From IMG/VR virus record IMGVR_UViG_3300046517_001709, positions 424 to 64,423 of that record: a DNA stretch of 64,000 nucleotides; one strand, 5' to 3'. Of this stretch, positions 1 to 8,622 are shown piece after piece. Source of the DNA: a virus (lineage: Duplodnaviria; Caudoviricetes). The position numbers and the translations under genes were made by a program. The notes beneath the pieces are model-generated. The model was not told the DNA's origin. It saw nothing but the letters and a program-made list of their open reading frames with translations, and made no database searches. The first letter of the stretch is position 1; every line of letters starts with the position of its first letter.

Positions 1-117
1 CAACCAGGCCGTCACCATCGCCCGCAGCCACGCCGACGACGCCTACAGCCGCGCGTTCATGGACACCGCGTGGCTGGCCATCGACGAGCTGCGCGATGCC
101 ACCGAAGGGACGTACTG

Positions 118-471
118 ATGACCGCCATCTGGAGCGCCGTCCACTCCGGCCCGCTGGCCGTGACGCTGACCGGCCCCGGCATCGACGCCGAGAACCGCCA
201 CGTCGCCGACGCCATCGCCGACTTCTCCGACCCGGCCGACGACCGGCACGACCTGTGGGACGCCTACGTCACGGCCCGCCGCAACCTGCACGCGGCCCGG
301 GAGTACGGGGCCGAGGACGCCGGGCTGGCCGAGCTGTCCGACGCCGTGGAGAGCGCCTGGACCGAGCTGGCCCGGGAGCTGCCCGCGAGCGTGCGGCTGG
401 CGTTCAAGGAGGCGCGGCTCGTCGCGCACCTGCTCGACGACCGGGCCGGGCGGATCGGGATCGTGCAGTGA
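118..471 (+). CDS. hypothetical protein
   Basis: ATG overlaps upstream TGA (TGATG); stop overlaps next start. Confidence 0.7.
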   Translation: MTAIWSAVHSGPLAVTLTGPGIDAENRHVADAIADFSDPADDRHDLWDAYVTARRNLHAAREYGAEDAGLAELSDAVESAWTELARELPASVRLAFKEARLVAHLLDDRAGRIGIVQ

Positions 472-1508
472 CCGCCGCGACTGCGCTGCGGCGCATCACC
501 CCGGCCGCTGGGCTGCTGCTGCCCGCGACCGCCGACCGGGCCGAGTGGCTGGTGGCGCGGCGCAGCGGGATCGGCTCCTCCGACGTCGCCGCGATCATGG
601 GCGTGTCGAAGTCGAACCCGCGCCGCGTGTTCTACGACAAGGTCGGCGCGCTCCCGATGGACACCGACGCGGGCGAGAAGGCCCTGTGGGGCGTCGTCCA
701 CGAGGAGAACGTGGCCCGGGAGTGGGCGCGGCGCAACCGCTCCGTCGTGCGGCGCGTCGGCCTGGTCGCGAACCTGGCCGACCCGTGGATGATGTGCACC
801 CTGGACCGGCGCGTGACCGAGTGCCCGCTGAACCCCGAGGTGCGCGAGTCGTGCGCGCTGGAGGTCAAGACCACGGACAAGGCGCTGGCGAAGAACTGGC
901 GCCTGTCCCCGCCGGACTACGTGCTGGCGCAGGTGCTGTGGCAGATCCGCGTTACCGGCTATGACCACATCCACATCGCGGTCCTGATCGGCGGCAACGA
1001 CCCCCGGCAGTACGTAGTGCGCCGCGCCGGCAACGAGCAGCTGGTCGAGGACATCGTCGCGGTCGCCTCGCGGTTCTGGCACTCCTTCGTGCTGGCCCGC
1101 GTCGTCCCGGAGCTAACCGGCGAGGAAGATCCCGACGACCTGGTCGACATGTACCACGATATGTACCCCGAGCGTGAGGGCGCGGTGAACCTCGCCGGCC
1201 ACCCGAGCGCGTACGAGGACCTCCAGGACTACGAGCGTCACCGCCTGGCCGAATCCGCGGCGAAGAGGGCGAAGAACGCCGCGAAGGCCCGCATGACTGC
1301 GGCCCTGGGCGGCGCGGCGTGGGCGACGTTCGACCGCGACGACGCCTTCGGCTTCGAAACCTCCTACCGCCGCACGCCGGACCTGACGCGGCTGGCCGAG
1401 CGCTGGCCGGACGCCTACGCCGACTGCGTGGAGAACAAGGGCTCGCCGCGCCTGTCGATCGCCCCGAAGTACCGCCTGAGGGAGGGCTCCGATGTCATCG
1501 CTGCGTGA
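468..1508 (+). CDS. YqaJ-like viral recombinase exonuclease
   Basis: WLxxRRxGIGSSD, G..HE, TLDR, LEVKT, YxxQ motifs; GTG start overlapping upstream stop. Confidence 0.92.
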   Translation: MTAATALRRITPAAGLLLPATADRAEWLVARRSGIGSSDVAAIMGVSKSNPRRVFYDKVGALPMDTDAGEKALWGVVHEENVAREWARRNRSVVRRVGLVANLADPWMMCTLDRRVTECPLNPEVRESCALEVKTTDKALAKNWRLSPPDYVLAQVLWQIRVTGYDHIHIAVLIGGNDPRQYVVRRAGNEQLVEDIVAVASRFWHSFVLARVVPELTGEEDPDDLVDMYHDMYPEREGAVNLAGHPSAYEDLQDYERHRLAESAAKRAKNAAKARMTAALGGAAWATFDRDDAFGFETSYRRTPDLTRLAERWPDAYADCVENKGSPRLSIAPKYRLREGSDVIAA

Positions 1509-2337
1509 GAATGCTGCGGCTCTGAACGGCCGCGCGGAAGAACCGCTCGACTTCGTCGGGTTCACCGCGCCGGCCCCCGCCGCCGACCTGCCCGACTTGG
1601 GCATCCCCGAGCCGGACGCGAGCGGCCCGGAGCAGGTGCCGGTGCACACGGCGTGGCTGCGGGTGCGCCAGGAAGTCGGTACGGTCCGCAAGGGCGACAC
1701 CTTCACCGGCGGAGCCTCGTACAGCTTCCGCGGTATCGACCGGGTGCTGAACGCATTCGGCCCGGCGACGCTGCGGCACGGCGTGAACGTCGTGCCGGTG
1801 AAGGTGGAGGCGTCCTATCGGGACACCGAGTCCAGCAACAAGAAGCCCACCCGGGAATGCACCGTCCTGGTGACCTACCGGATCTACGGGCCGATGGGCG
1901 ACTACTTCGAGACGCAGTCGGCCGGGGAGTCGCTGGACGTCGGGGACAAAGGCACGCCGAAGGCGCTGTCGACGGCGCTGCGCAGCTTGCTGCTGCTGGG
2001 CGGCCTGATCCCCTCGACGGACCCGGACCCGGAGCTGTCGACGATCGAGCGCGGCGAGGCCCCGGTGAGAACCCCGCTGAGCTACGCCGAGGAGATCCTC
2101 AGCGAGAACACCTCGCCGGGGCGCATGCAGCAGATCAGCCGGGAGCTGGCGCAGCACAAGCAGGGCAACGCCCTGGTGACGAACGAGCTCGGCGCGGAGG
2201 AGCCGATCCGGACCATGTGCATCCGCATCGGCAACCAGCGTTTCGCACCGAAGGCGGCGGCAGGAACGGCGTGCGACCGCTGCGGCGGCCCGCACCACTC
2301 GGACGCGTGCCCGACGCTGAACGGCGGTGCCGCGTGA
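1492..2337 (+). CDS. ERF-family ssDNA annealing protein
   Basis: YSFRGID and DKGTPKALSTA motifs; directly follows exonuclease. Confidence 0.85.
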   Translation: MSSLRENAAALNGRAEEPLDFVGFTAPAPAADLPDLGIPEPDASGPEQVPVHTAWLRVRQEVGTVRKGDTFTGGASYSFRGIDRVLNAFGPATLRHGVNVVPVKVEASYRDTESSNKKPTRECTVLVTYRIYGPMGDYFETQSAGESLDVGDKGTPKALSTALRSLLLLGGLIPSTDPDPELSTIERGEAPVRTPLSYAEEILSENTSPGRMQQISRELAQHKQGNALVTNELGAEEPIRTMCIRIGNQRFAPKAAAGTACDRCGGPHHSDACPTLNGGAA

Positions 2338-3065
2338 GCACCCTGGGCAGGCTGTACATGGCGTGCACCACCGTCCTGCTGGGCGTGAACGTCGTCGTCC
2401 TGGACGCCGTCCCCTCGCCGGTGCACGACGACCTGCGGACCGCGGAGACGCTGACCGTGGGCGCGCTCGCGGTCGGCCTGGGCGTGGCGTTCGCGCTCGG
2501 CACCGCATTCAACGCCGGCCAGTCCGGACCGCGCCACCGCAAGGATGACGGACAGGCCGCACCGAACGGCATCCCGCCGTGGGCCGCCGAAGGCATGCGC
2601 ACCCGGCCGCCGACGACCGCACCCGACCCGGCGCGTCCGGTCGAGGGCCCGGCGACGGTCACGCAGGTGGACATGGACCCGGTCGCCAACACGCGCGAGA
2701 TCGTGTTCGGCAGCCGGGAGCAGCGCATCGCCGACGCTTGGCGGCGTACCGACGCAACCGGCGAGCAGCCGGTGGTCCCCAACGCCGACACGCACCTGAT
2801 GCAGTTCGGCGAACTCGCGGCGCTGTTGGCCGAACCGGAGCCCGGCGAGGCGGAAACGCCGCCGTCGCAGCGGGACTACCCGGAGCCGGACCCACTCTGG
2901 ACGCCGCCGGCGGCCCCTGCCGCGCCGTGGTCGCCGCTCGGGCTGGCGTTCATGGCCGTGGAGGATGTGGACCCGTATGCCACGCGGCACGCCGCCGCGC
3001 GGGCCGCGGACCCGGGCGACTGGTTCGGGATGTTCGTCGAGGCGCAGAGCGAGCGTGCGGCATGA
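2334..3065 (+). CDS. hypothetical membrane protein
   Basis: Two N-terminal hydrophobic segments; coupled start/stop. Confidence 0.65.
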   Translation: MSTLGRLYMACTTVLLGVNVVVLDAVPSPVHDDLRTAETLTVGALAVGLGVAFALGTAFNAGQSGPRHRKDDGQAAPNGIPPWAAEGMRTRPPTTAPDPARPVEGPATVTQVDMDPVANTREIVFGSREQRIADAWRRTDATGEQPVVPNADTHLMQFGELAALLAEPEPGEAETPPSQRDYPEPDPLWTPPAAPAAPWSPLGLAFMAVEDVDPYATRHAAARAADPGDWFGMFVEAQSERAA

Positions 3066-3313
3066 CCCACGCAGTCGCCCCGGGTGCGCCGCTGACCGCC
3101 GTGGAGATGCGGGTGCTGGCGTGGATCGCCGACGGCAAGTGCGCCGCGGACATCGCCCGGGAGCAGTACTACTCGGTCGACACGGTCAAGGCGCACTTGC
3201 AGCGGATCTACCGCAAGCTCGGCGCCAGCAACGCCGCGCACGCCGTGCATCTGGCGCACCGCGCCGGGATGCTCGGCGCGGCGGCGGACGGCGCGGAAGG
3301 CGGTGCGGCATGA
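3062..3313 (+). CDS. LuxR-family HTH regulator
   Basis: LT..E.RVL....G....IA.....S.DTVKAHLQRIYRKLGA. Confidence 0.9.
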   Translation: MTHAVAPGAPLTAVEMRVLAWIADGKCAADIAREQYYSVDTVKAHLQRIYRKLGASNAAHAVHLAHRAGMLGAAADGAEGGAA

Positions 3314-4596
3314 GCGCCATTGACGCACTCGACCCGTTCGCGGGCCCCGGCGGCTGGTCCGTGGCGTGCAAGCGGCTCGGACTCCACGAGGTCGGCATAG
3401 AGCTCGACCCGTGGGCCTGCGCCACCCGCGCAGCCGCCGGGCACCCCACGGTCCGCGCCGACGTCGCGCAGTTCCCGCCGCACCGGGCTGCCGGGAAGGT
3501 CCCGGGCCTGATCGCGTCCCCGCCGTGCGGCACCTTCTCCGCCGCCGGCAAGGGCGAGGGCGTGGACGACCTGCCGCTGCTGCACGAGGCCCTGGACGAC
3601 CTCGCCGCCGGGCGCGACACCCGCGCCCGGCTGGCCGGCGCCTGTTCGGACCCGCGCACGCCGCTGGTCGTGGAGCCGCTGCGGTACGCCCTGGCCATGC
3701 GCCCGGAATGGATCGCCCTGGAGCAGGTGCCGGCCGTGCTGCCGCTGTGGCGGCACGTCGCGCGGATCCTGGGCGTCCTGGGCTACTCGGCGTGGACCGG
3801 GATCCTCAACGCGGCCGACTACGGCGTCCCGCAGACCCGACGCCGCGCCATCCTCATCGCCTCCCGCGTCCGGGCGGTCGCACCGCCGGAGCCGACGCAC
3901 GCGGAGGCCGCCGAGCCGCCGTCGCTGTTCGGACCCGGCCGCGTGCGATGGGTGTCCATGGCCGACGCGCTCGGCTGGGCCGGTCCGAGTTGGGCATTGA
4001 CCGAGAAGGCCCGATCGTGGGTTGTGCGCACATCGTTCGGGGAGCCGACGCGCGGCGCGCACGAAGTGGACCCTTTCGCGAGCCCGTCGCACGCCGTGAC
4101 CGGGAAGGCCCGCTCCTGGGTGTTGCTCCGCAACACCCAGGAGCGGGCCGCAGTCCGAACGCTGGACGAGCCGGCCTCGACACTGTTCTTCGGCGCCCGC
4201 GGCAACGACGTCTCGTGGGTTCTGCGGGCCGGCCCGCGCGAGAACGCGACCACCCGCAGCCTGGACGAGGCGGCGCCGACGCTGCGCTTCGGCCACCAGA
4301 GCGACGGCGTTACCTGGGTTGCGGAGCGCCCCGCCACGACCGTCGCGGCCACCGCCCGGATCGCCAAGCCCGGACACCGGGACCGCGCGAACGGTGAGCG
4401 GCAGTTCGAGGGCGCCATCCGCATCGCCGTCGCCGAGGCCGCCGTCCTCCAGTCGTTCCCCGCCGACTACCCGTTCCAGGGGACAAAGACGGCCAAATTT
4501 CTTCAAGTAGGAAATGCAGTGCCGCCGTTGCTGGCCCTGCACGTCCTGTCGGCCGCCACCGGCGCGGACATGACCGAGCGGGCCGCCCCCTCCTAG
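3310..4596 (+). CDS. DNA (cytosine-5) methyltransferase
   Basis: FAGPGG (I), SPPC (IV), EQV (VI), YGVPQTRRR (VIII), QSFP and QVGNAVPP (IX/X). Confidence 0.95.
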   Translation: MSAIDALDPFAGPGGWSVACKRLGLHEVGIELDPWACATRAAAGHPTVRADVAQFPPHRAAGKVPGLIASPPCGTFSAAGKGEGVDDLPLLHEALDDLAAGRDTRARLAGACSDPRTPLVVEPLRYALAMRPEWIALEQVPAVLPLWRHVARILGVLGYSAWTGILNAADYGVPQTRRRAILIASRVRAVAPPEPTHAEAAEPPSLFGPGRVRWVSMADALGWAGPSWALTEKARSWVVRTSFGEPTRGAHEVDPFASPSHAVTGKARSWVLLRNTQERAAVRTLDEPASTLFFGARGNDVSWVLRAGPRENATTRSLDEAAPTLRFGHQSDGVTWVAERPATTVAATARIAKPGHRDRANGERQFEGAIRIAVAEAAVLQSFPADYPFQGTKTAKFLQVGNAVPPLLALHVLSAATGADMTERAAPS

Positions 4597-4598
4597 CC

Positions 4599-4781
4599 GT
4601 CCGGCAGCCGCGGATCCCCCTCCAAGCGGCTGCCGGGCACGTCCCGCCGTCTCCCCCCGCGCACTCTGGCGCGGCTCGGCGGGGCAGGCCGCCGATCGTC
4701 TCGTCCCCCCGGTGGGCGATCGGCGGCCCCAAGACCACAAACCAGCGGTCACCGACCCGAACGCAAGCCGGGTCGGTGACC
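4599..4781 (+). ncRNA. putative 6C-like sRNA: three C-rich hairpins plus a fourth hairpin
   Basis: Stems 4599-4638, 4641-4685 and 4687-4728 each expose a TCCCCC run; 13-bp stem at 4747-4781. Confidence 0.45.
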
Positions 4782-4807
4782 ACCCACCACCCTACGAGGA
4801 GCAACCC

Positions 4808-5335
4808 ATGGAATTCACGATCAACGTCGACAAGATCGACCTGAACGACGCCATCAGCCACCACTACGACGAGGACGGCGACCGCGTCCCCGCCGGGACG
4901 CTCGGCGACGTCATCGCCCGCCAGCTCGTCGAGCGGTTCGCCAAGTCCGACGTGTACGGCGACCTCGTCAAGCGAGTCCAGACCATCCGCGACGAGGAGA
5001 TCCGGGCCGCGCTCGCCCCGCTGCTGGCCGGGGCGCTGGCCAAGCCGATCCACCCGACGAACCAGTGGGGCGAGAAGACCGGCGCCGAGACCACGCTCGC
5101 GGAGATCATCGTCGCCGAGGCCCGCAAGTGGATGAACGCCAAGGTCGACAGCTATGGCGGCCGCGACAGCGCGACGAACCTCCAGAAGATGATCCGCGAC
5201 GAGGTCCGGGCCGGGTTCGAGAACGAGATCAAGGCCATGGTGACGGAGGCCCGTGACGCCGTCTCCAAGCAGATCGCGACCACCGTCGCCGTCGCGGTCC
5301 AGTCGGCCGTCACCGAGGGTATGCGCGCCCGCTGA
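4808..5335 (+). CDS. hypothetical protein
   Basis: GAGGAG RBS; strong GC3 codon bias. Confidence 0.8.
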   Translation: MEFTINVDKIDLNDAISHHYDEDGDRVPAGTLGDVIARQLVERFAKSDVYGDLVKRVQTIRDEEIRAALAPLLAGALAKPIHPTNQWGEKTGAETTLAEIIVAEARKWMNAKVDSYGGRDSATNLQKMIRDEVRAGFENEIKAMVTEARDAVSKQIATTVAVAVQSAVTEGMRAR

Positions 5336-5445
5336 CCATCTGACGCCGGGCTACAACCCGGCAGGCCACGCGTCCGGATGAGGGCCGGGCGCGTGGCCCA
5401 CATCGCAGACCACTGGCCGTGAGGCCATACCGAAGGACTTTGATC

Positions 5446-5715
5446 ATGACCGACTTCTTCGAGGCGGGTTTCGAGTACACCGACGCCACGCCGTACTCCG
5501 CGCCCGAGATCATCCGCAGGTTCCGCTGCGTGGCCGTCGCCGAGCTGCCCGACACCGGCGCGCCGGTCGCGTTCGGGTTCATGCGCACCGACGGCATCGG
5601 CTGGGGCGGCACCGGCATGGGCCCCGAGCACTGGGCCAAGGGCTGGTCCCGGCGTAAGGCAGTGCCGGACGACGCCGACGGCCCGGACAGCATGGGCATC
5701 GAGGCGGCGTGGTGA
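5446..5715 (+). CDS. hypothetical protein
   Basis: AAGGA RBS; codon bias. Confidence 0.7.
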   Translation: MTDFFEAGFEYTDATPYSAPEIIRRFRCVAVAELPDTGAPVAFGFMRTDGIGWGGTGMGPEHWAKGWSRRKAVPDDADGPDSMGIEAAW

Positions 5716-5948
5716 GCGGCCACACGCGCGACTGCGACTGCGGCGACTTCGGCGTCCGCGACGTCACCGTCCAGATCCTCGGCAGCTGGATCCACATCGT
5801 CCACGTCCAGTGCGGCCAGCGGGTCTACACCGACCACGAGGCGCTGATGTCCGGCGAGATGCCGATGACGCTGACGTACACCGTGGACGGGGACGGCGAA
5901 GAGGCCTACCAGGTGCTCTCGCCCGCCGGAAAGGAGAGTGCCGAGTGA
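5712..5948 (+). CDS. hypothetical protein
   Basis: Coupled GTGA overlaps. Confidence 0.65.
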   Translation: MSGHTRDCDCGDFGVRDVTVQILGSWIHIVHVQCGQRVYTDHEALMSGEMPMTLTYTVDGDGEEAYQVLSPAGKESAE

Positions 5949-6259
5949 GCAAGCCCACCGAGTACAGCCCGCGCTCCGTCGCCTACCACCAGCAGCTCAT
6001 GGCCGCCGTCACCGAGGCACGCCGCGACAAGGCCGCCACCACCATGGCCGAAGGCATCGGACGTCTCGCCTGCGCCGAGCTGCCCGACGTGTCGCCGATC
6101 GACGTCGGCCGCGTTCTCGCCCTGCTTGGCGCCTACATGGGCGGCTTCAACCACCGGCCGCCCCACCCGACCTATGAGCCCGTCGCGATGATCCTCGGCG
6201 GCATGATGCTCGCCCCGGGCGGGCCCCAGCCGCCGATGGCCGAAGGGAGCGCATCATGA
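5945..6259 (+). CDS. hypothetical protein
   Basis: Coupled overlaps; RBS. Confidence 0.65.
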   Translation: MSKPTEYSPRSVAYHQQLMAAVTEARRDKAATTMAEGIGRLACAELPDVSPIDVGRVLALLGAYMGGFNHRPPHPTYEPVAMILGGMMLAPGGPQPPMAEGSAS

Positions 6260-6576
6260 CCCCCGCCGAGTGGTTGCGCCGTCAACGTGGCGCGGGCAAC
6301 GGCGTCTCGATACAGGTGTCGGAAGGCTTCGCGGCGCTCATCGCGGCCTATGACGGCGCCGTTCACGATGCCCGTGCGCTGGGCGTTGAGGCACCCGTCC
6401 CGCAGCCCGCACCCGCCCGCATGGCCGCCCCGGCGCCACAGCGCGCCTACGCGCCGACGACCGGCGGTGCCAGCCGCTACGTCGACCTCGCCGCCGCCAG
6501 ACGGGACCGCGGGGACGACTGCCCAGTGTGCTGGGTCCGGTATACGCATTGCTACTGCAAAGGGCCCCAGCAATGA
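6256..6576 (+). CDS. hypothetical protein with C-terminal Cys cluster
   Basis: ATGA overlap; CxxC..CxC. Confidence 0.6.
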   Translation: MTPAEWLRRQRGAGNGVSIQVSEGFAALIAAYDGAVHDARALGVEAPVPQPAPARMAAPAPQRAYAPTTGGASRYVDLAAARRDRGDDCPVCWVRYTHCYCKGPQQ

Positions 6577-6794
6577 TCCACGCGACCAGGGCCGAACTCG
6601 ACGAGGTCAAAAGCACCCTCGACGACCGGCTCCAGGATCTCGCCTCCGCGATCCGGGGCTGGCAGTACCACCCCACCGACCCGCAGGCCCACCGCGACGC
6701 TCGTGACGCGTTCGATGTTGCGCGGCGGGAGTTCGACACCTACGACGAGGTGCTGCGCGACTGGGCGGCCGGTCCGAGCGGGGGCGACCGGTGA
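6573..6794 (+). CDS. hypothetical protein
   Basis: ATGA overlap. Confidence 0.65.
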   Translation: MIHATRAELDEVKSTLDDRLQDLASAIRGWQYHPTDPQAHRDARDAFDVARREFDTYDEVLRDWAAGPSGGDR

Positions 6795-7171
6795 GCCACC
6801 CGCGCACGCTGACCGACACCGACCGCGACCTGATCCGCCTCGTCGCCTCCGGCCACACCAACGAGGAGATCGCCGCGAAGCTCGGCACCTCCATCCACAC
6901 GCTGCGCTCCCGCCTGCGCGTCGTCCACGGCCTCATCGGCACCAACCCGGGGCCGGTGCACGACAGCACGACGTCCCGGGTCCGCATGGCCGCCTGGGCG
7001 TATGAGAACGATCTGATGGGCCCGGTACGGACCGGTACGTCGGGGGGCGGGCCGGCGGAGTTGTCGGCCGAGCTGCTGGACGTGTGCCGGGCGATCGTGA
7101 ACAACCGGCCGCGCGGGGATCTGCGGGCGCTCGCGCTGCGGGCGCTGCGTGCGGCGAGGGATGCGCGGTGA
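6791..7171 (+). CDS. LuxR-family HTH protein
   Basis: LT.....LIRLVASGHTNEEIAAKLGTSIHTL. Confidence 0.8.
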   Translation: MSHPRTLTDTDRDLIRLVASGHTNEEIAAKLGTSIHTLRSRLRVVHGLIGTNPGPVHDSTTSRVRMAAWAYENDLMGPVRTGTSGGGPAELSAELLDVCRAIVNNRPRGDLRALALRALRAARDAR

Positions 7172-7377
7172 GCGCGGAGCTGAAGCCGCGCGTCGAGCGC
7201 GACGACGATGGACATCCGGTCTTCGTCCACGACTGCAACGGCGCCGAGAGCCGCGAGATCCTGGCGCTCGGCGATGGCCGCTGGGCGTGGGAGAACCTGA
7301 ACACCGTCGCCCCGTTGATCAACTGCTCGGCGTGCAACACGCACGGCTGGTGGTCGGACGGGGCGTGGTGGCGGTGA
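7168..7377 (+). CDS. DUF6527-like small Zn-binding protein
   Basis: W...TVAPLINCSACNTHGW..DG.W pattern. Confidence 0.55.
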   Translation: MSAELKPRVERDDDGHPVFVHDCNGAESREILALGDGRWAWENLNTVAPLINCSACNTHGWWSDGAWWR

Positions 7378-7601
7378 GCCGCTTCTCGGGCCCCGCCGAG
7401 CGTGGTGCCTCCCGGACGCTGCGGGCGGTCCGCCGCGCCGAAGCCGAGGTGCGGCAGGCCGCTGCGGACGCCGTCCGGGCCGAGCGTGAGGCGGCGTATG
7501 TCGAGCCGGAGCCGCTGACCGGCGAGCAACTGGACGCGCTGCTGATGGCGGTGCTGCGGAACGACGCCGGGCGGACGTACGGGACGCGGTGGCCGCGATG
7601 A
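7374..7601 (+). CDS. hypothetical protein
   Basis: Coupled overlaps. Confidence 0.55.
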   Translation: MSRFSGPAERGASRTLRAVRRAEAEVRQAAADAVRAEREAAYVEPEPLTGEQLDALLMAVLRNDAGRTYGTRWPR

Positions 7602-7834
7602 GCCTTCCCGCATGGGTCTACGACTTGATCACCGCTGTCGACACCTACGAGGACATCCACGGCCCGCACAAAGAGGGCTGGCCCTGCTTCGACAAGGTGC
7701 TGTTCGCCGTGCCCGAGCCGGAGCGCCGAGCTGCCCGGGCGATCGTGGCGTGGCGGCAGGAGTCCGGCTGGCTGCCGCCGGACGCGCAGCTGCCGGCGGT
7801 GCCCGAGGTGCGCGCAGACGGGAGCGAGACGTGA
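7598..7834 (+). CDS. hypothetical protein
   Basis: Coupled overlaps. Confidence 0.65.
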   Translation: MSLPAWVYDLITAVDTYEDIHGPHKEGWPCFDKVLFAVPEPERRAARAIVAWRQESGWLPPDAQLPAVPEVRADGSET

Positions 7835-8091
7835 GTGACCTCGACGACGTCCTGAACGGGCTGGCCGCCGCCGTGCGGAACAAGCGCAAGGCGACCAAGC
7901 AGTCCGTGCGCGCGGTCGGTGCCGAGATCGGCATCCCGTGGAACTGCGTGTCCCGCGCCGAGCGCAGGGTCGGCGAGCCGTCGGTGGCGACGTTCGTCGC
8001 GCTCCTGCGCTGGCTGGACGTGCCGGGGTGGGGCGAGTGCGAGTTCTCGCTGCGTTCGGCTGGGACCGTCGAGCCGGAGGACGTCACGTGA
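7831..8091 (+). CDS. XRE-family HTH protein
   Basis: R...KQSVRAVGAEIGI....VSRAER...PS..TF..LL.WL. Confidence 0.75.
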   Translation: MSDLDDVLNGLAAAVRNKRKATKQSVRAVGAEIGIPWNCVSRAERRVGEPSVATFVALLRWLDVPGWGECEFSLRSAGTVEPEDVT

Positions 8092-8207
8092 CCCGCCGTG
8101 CCGTCCACGTCCTGGCGTTCCTGGACGCCGCGTCCGCCGCGTGTCGCGATGGTGCGGACGGCGGGGCGGCGGGGGGTGGGGCCGCCGTGCTGTCGGCTGG
8201 CGGACCG

Positions 8208-8492
8208 TCAGGACTCGTCCATCTTCGACGGGACTTGCGAGGGTTGCAACCCTTGCACGATCGCCTCGAACAGGGCCGGGTCGCGCTCTTTCAACACTCG
8301 CGCGACTTCATCGAGACGCATCGCGGCCTCGAAGAACCCGACGGACACCACGAACGCACGCGGCCGGCCGTACTCGGTCAGGGCGGTGGAGACGTCCTTG
8401 TCCCGCGCGGCATCGACGATCTCAGTCAGCCGCGGACGGGCCTTGGTCATAGGGACGGCGTTCACGTCGAACCTTCCAACCTTTTCGGACAT
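8208..8492 (-). CDS. Phd/YefM antitoxin-like DNA-binding protein (orphan)
   Basis: PMTKARPRLTEIVDAA.....TALTEYGRPRAFVVS; TACGAT -10 box 7 nt before the ATG. Confidence 0.8.
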   Translation of the reverse strand: MSEKVGRFDVNAVPMTKARPRLTEIVDAARDKDVSTALTEYGRPRAFVVSVGFFEAAMRLDEVARVLKERDPALFEAIVQGLQPSQVPSKMDES

Positions 8493-8622
8493 GGCGAACA
8501 TCGTAGGCCATGGTGACGGTTAGGTACTGTCACCAAGGTTAGCAAGTGTTGTAAGATTTAGGTACCGAGCAGCCGCACCACACGCACCAACCACGCCGCT
8601 CGCTCAGGAAGAAAGGCCACCC
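8493..8622. promoter_or_regulatory. divergent promoter/operator region
   Basis: -10-like TACGAT (- strand, 8500-8505) and TAAGAT (+ strand, 8552-8557); GGTGAC..GTCACC inverted repeat; TTAGGTAC twice. Confidence 0.55.
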
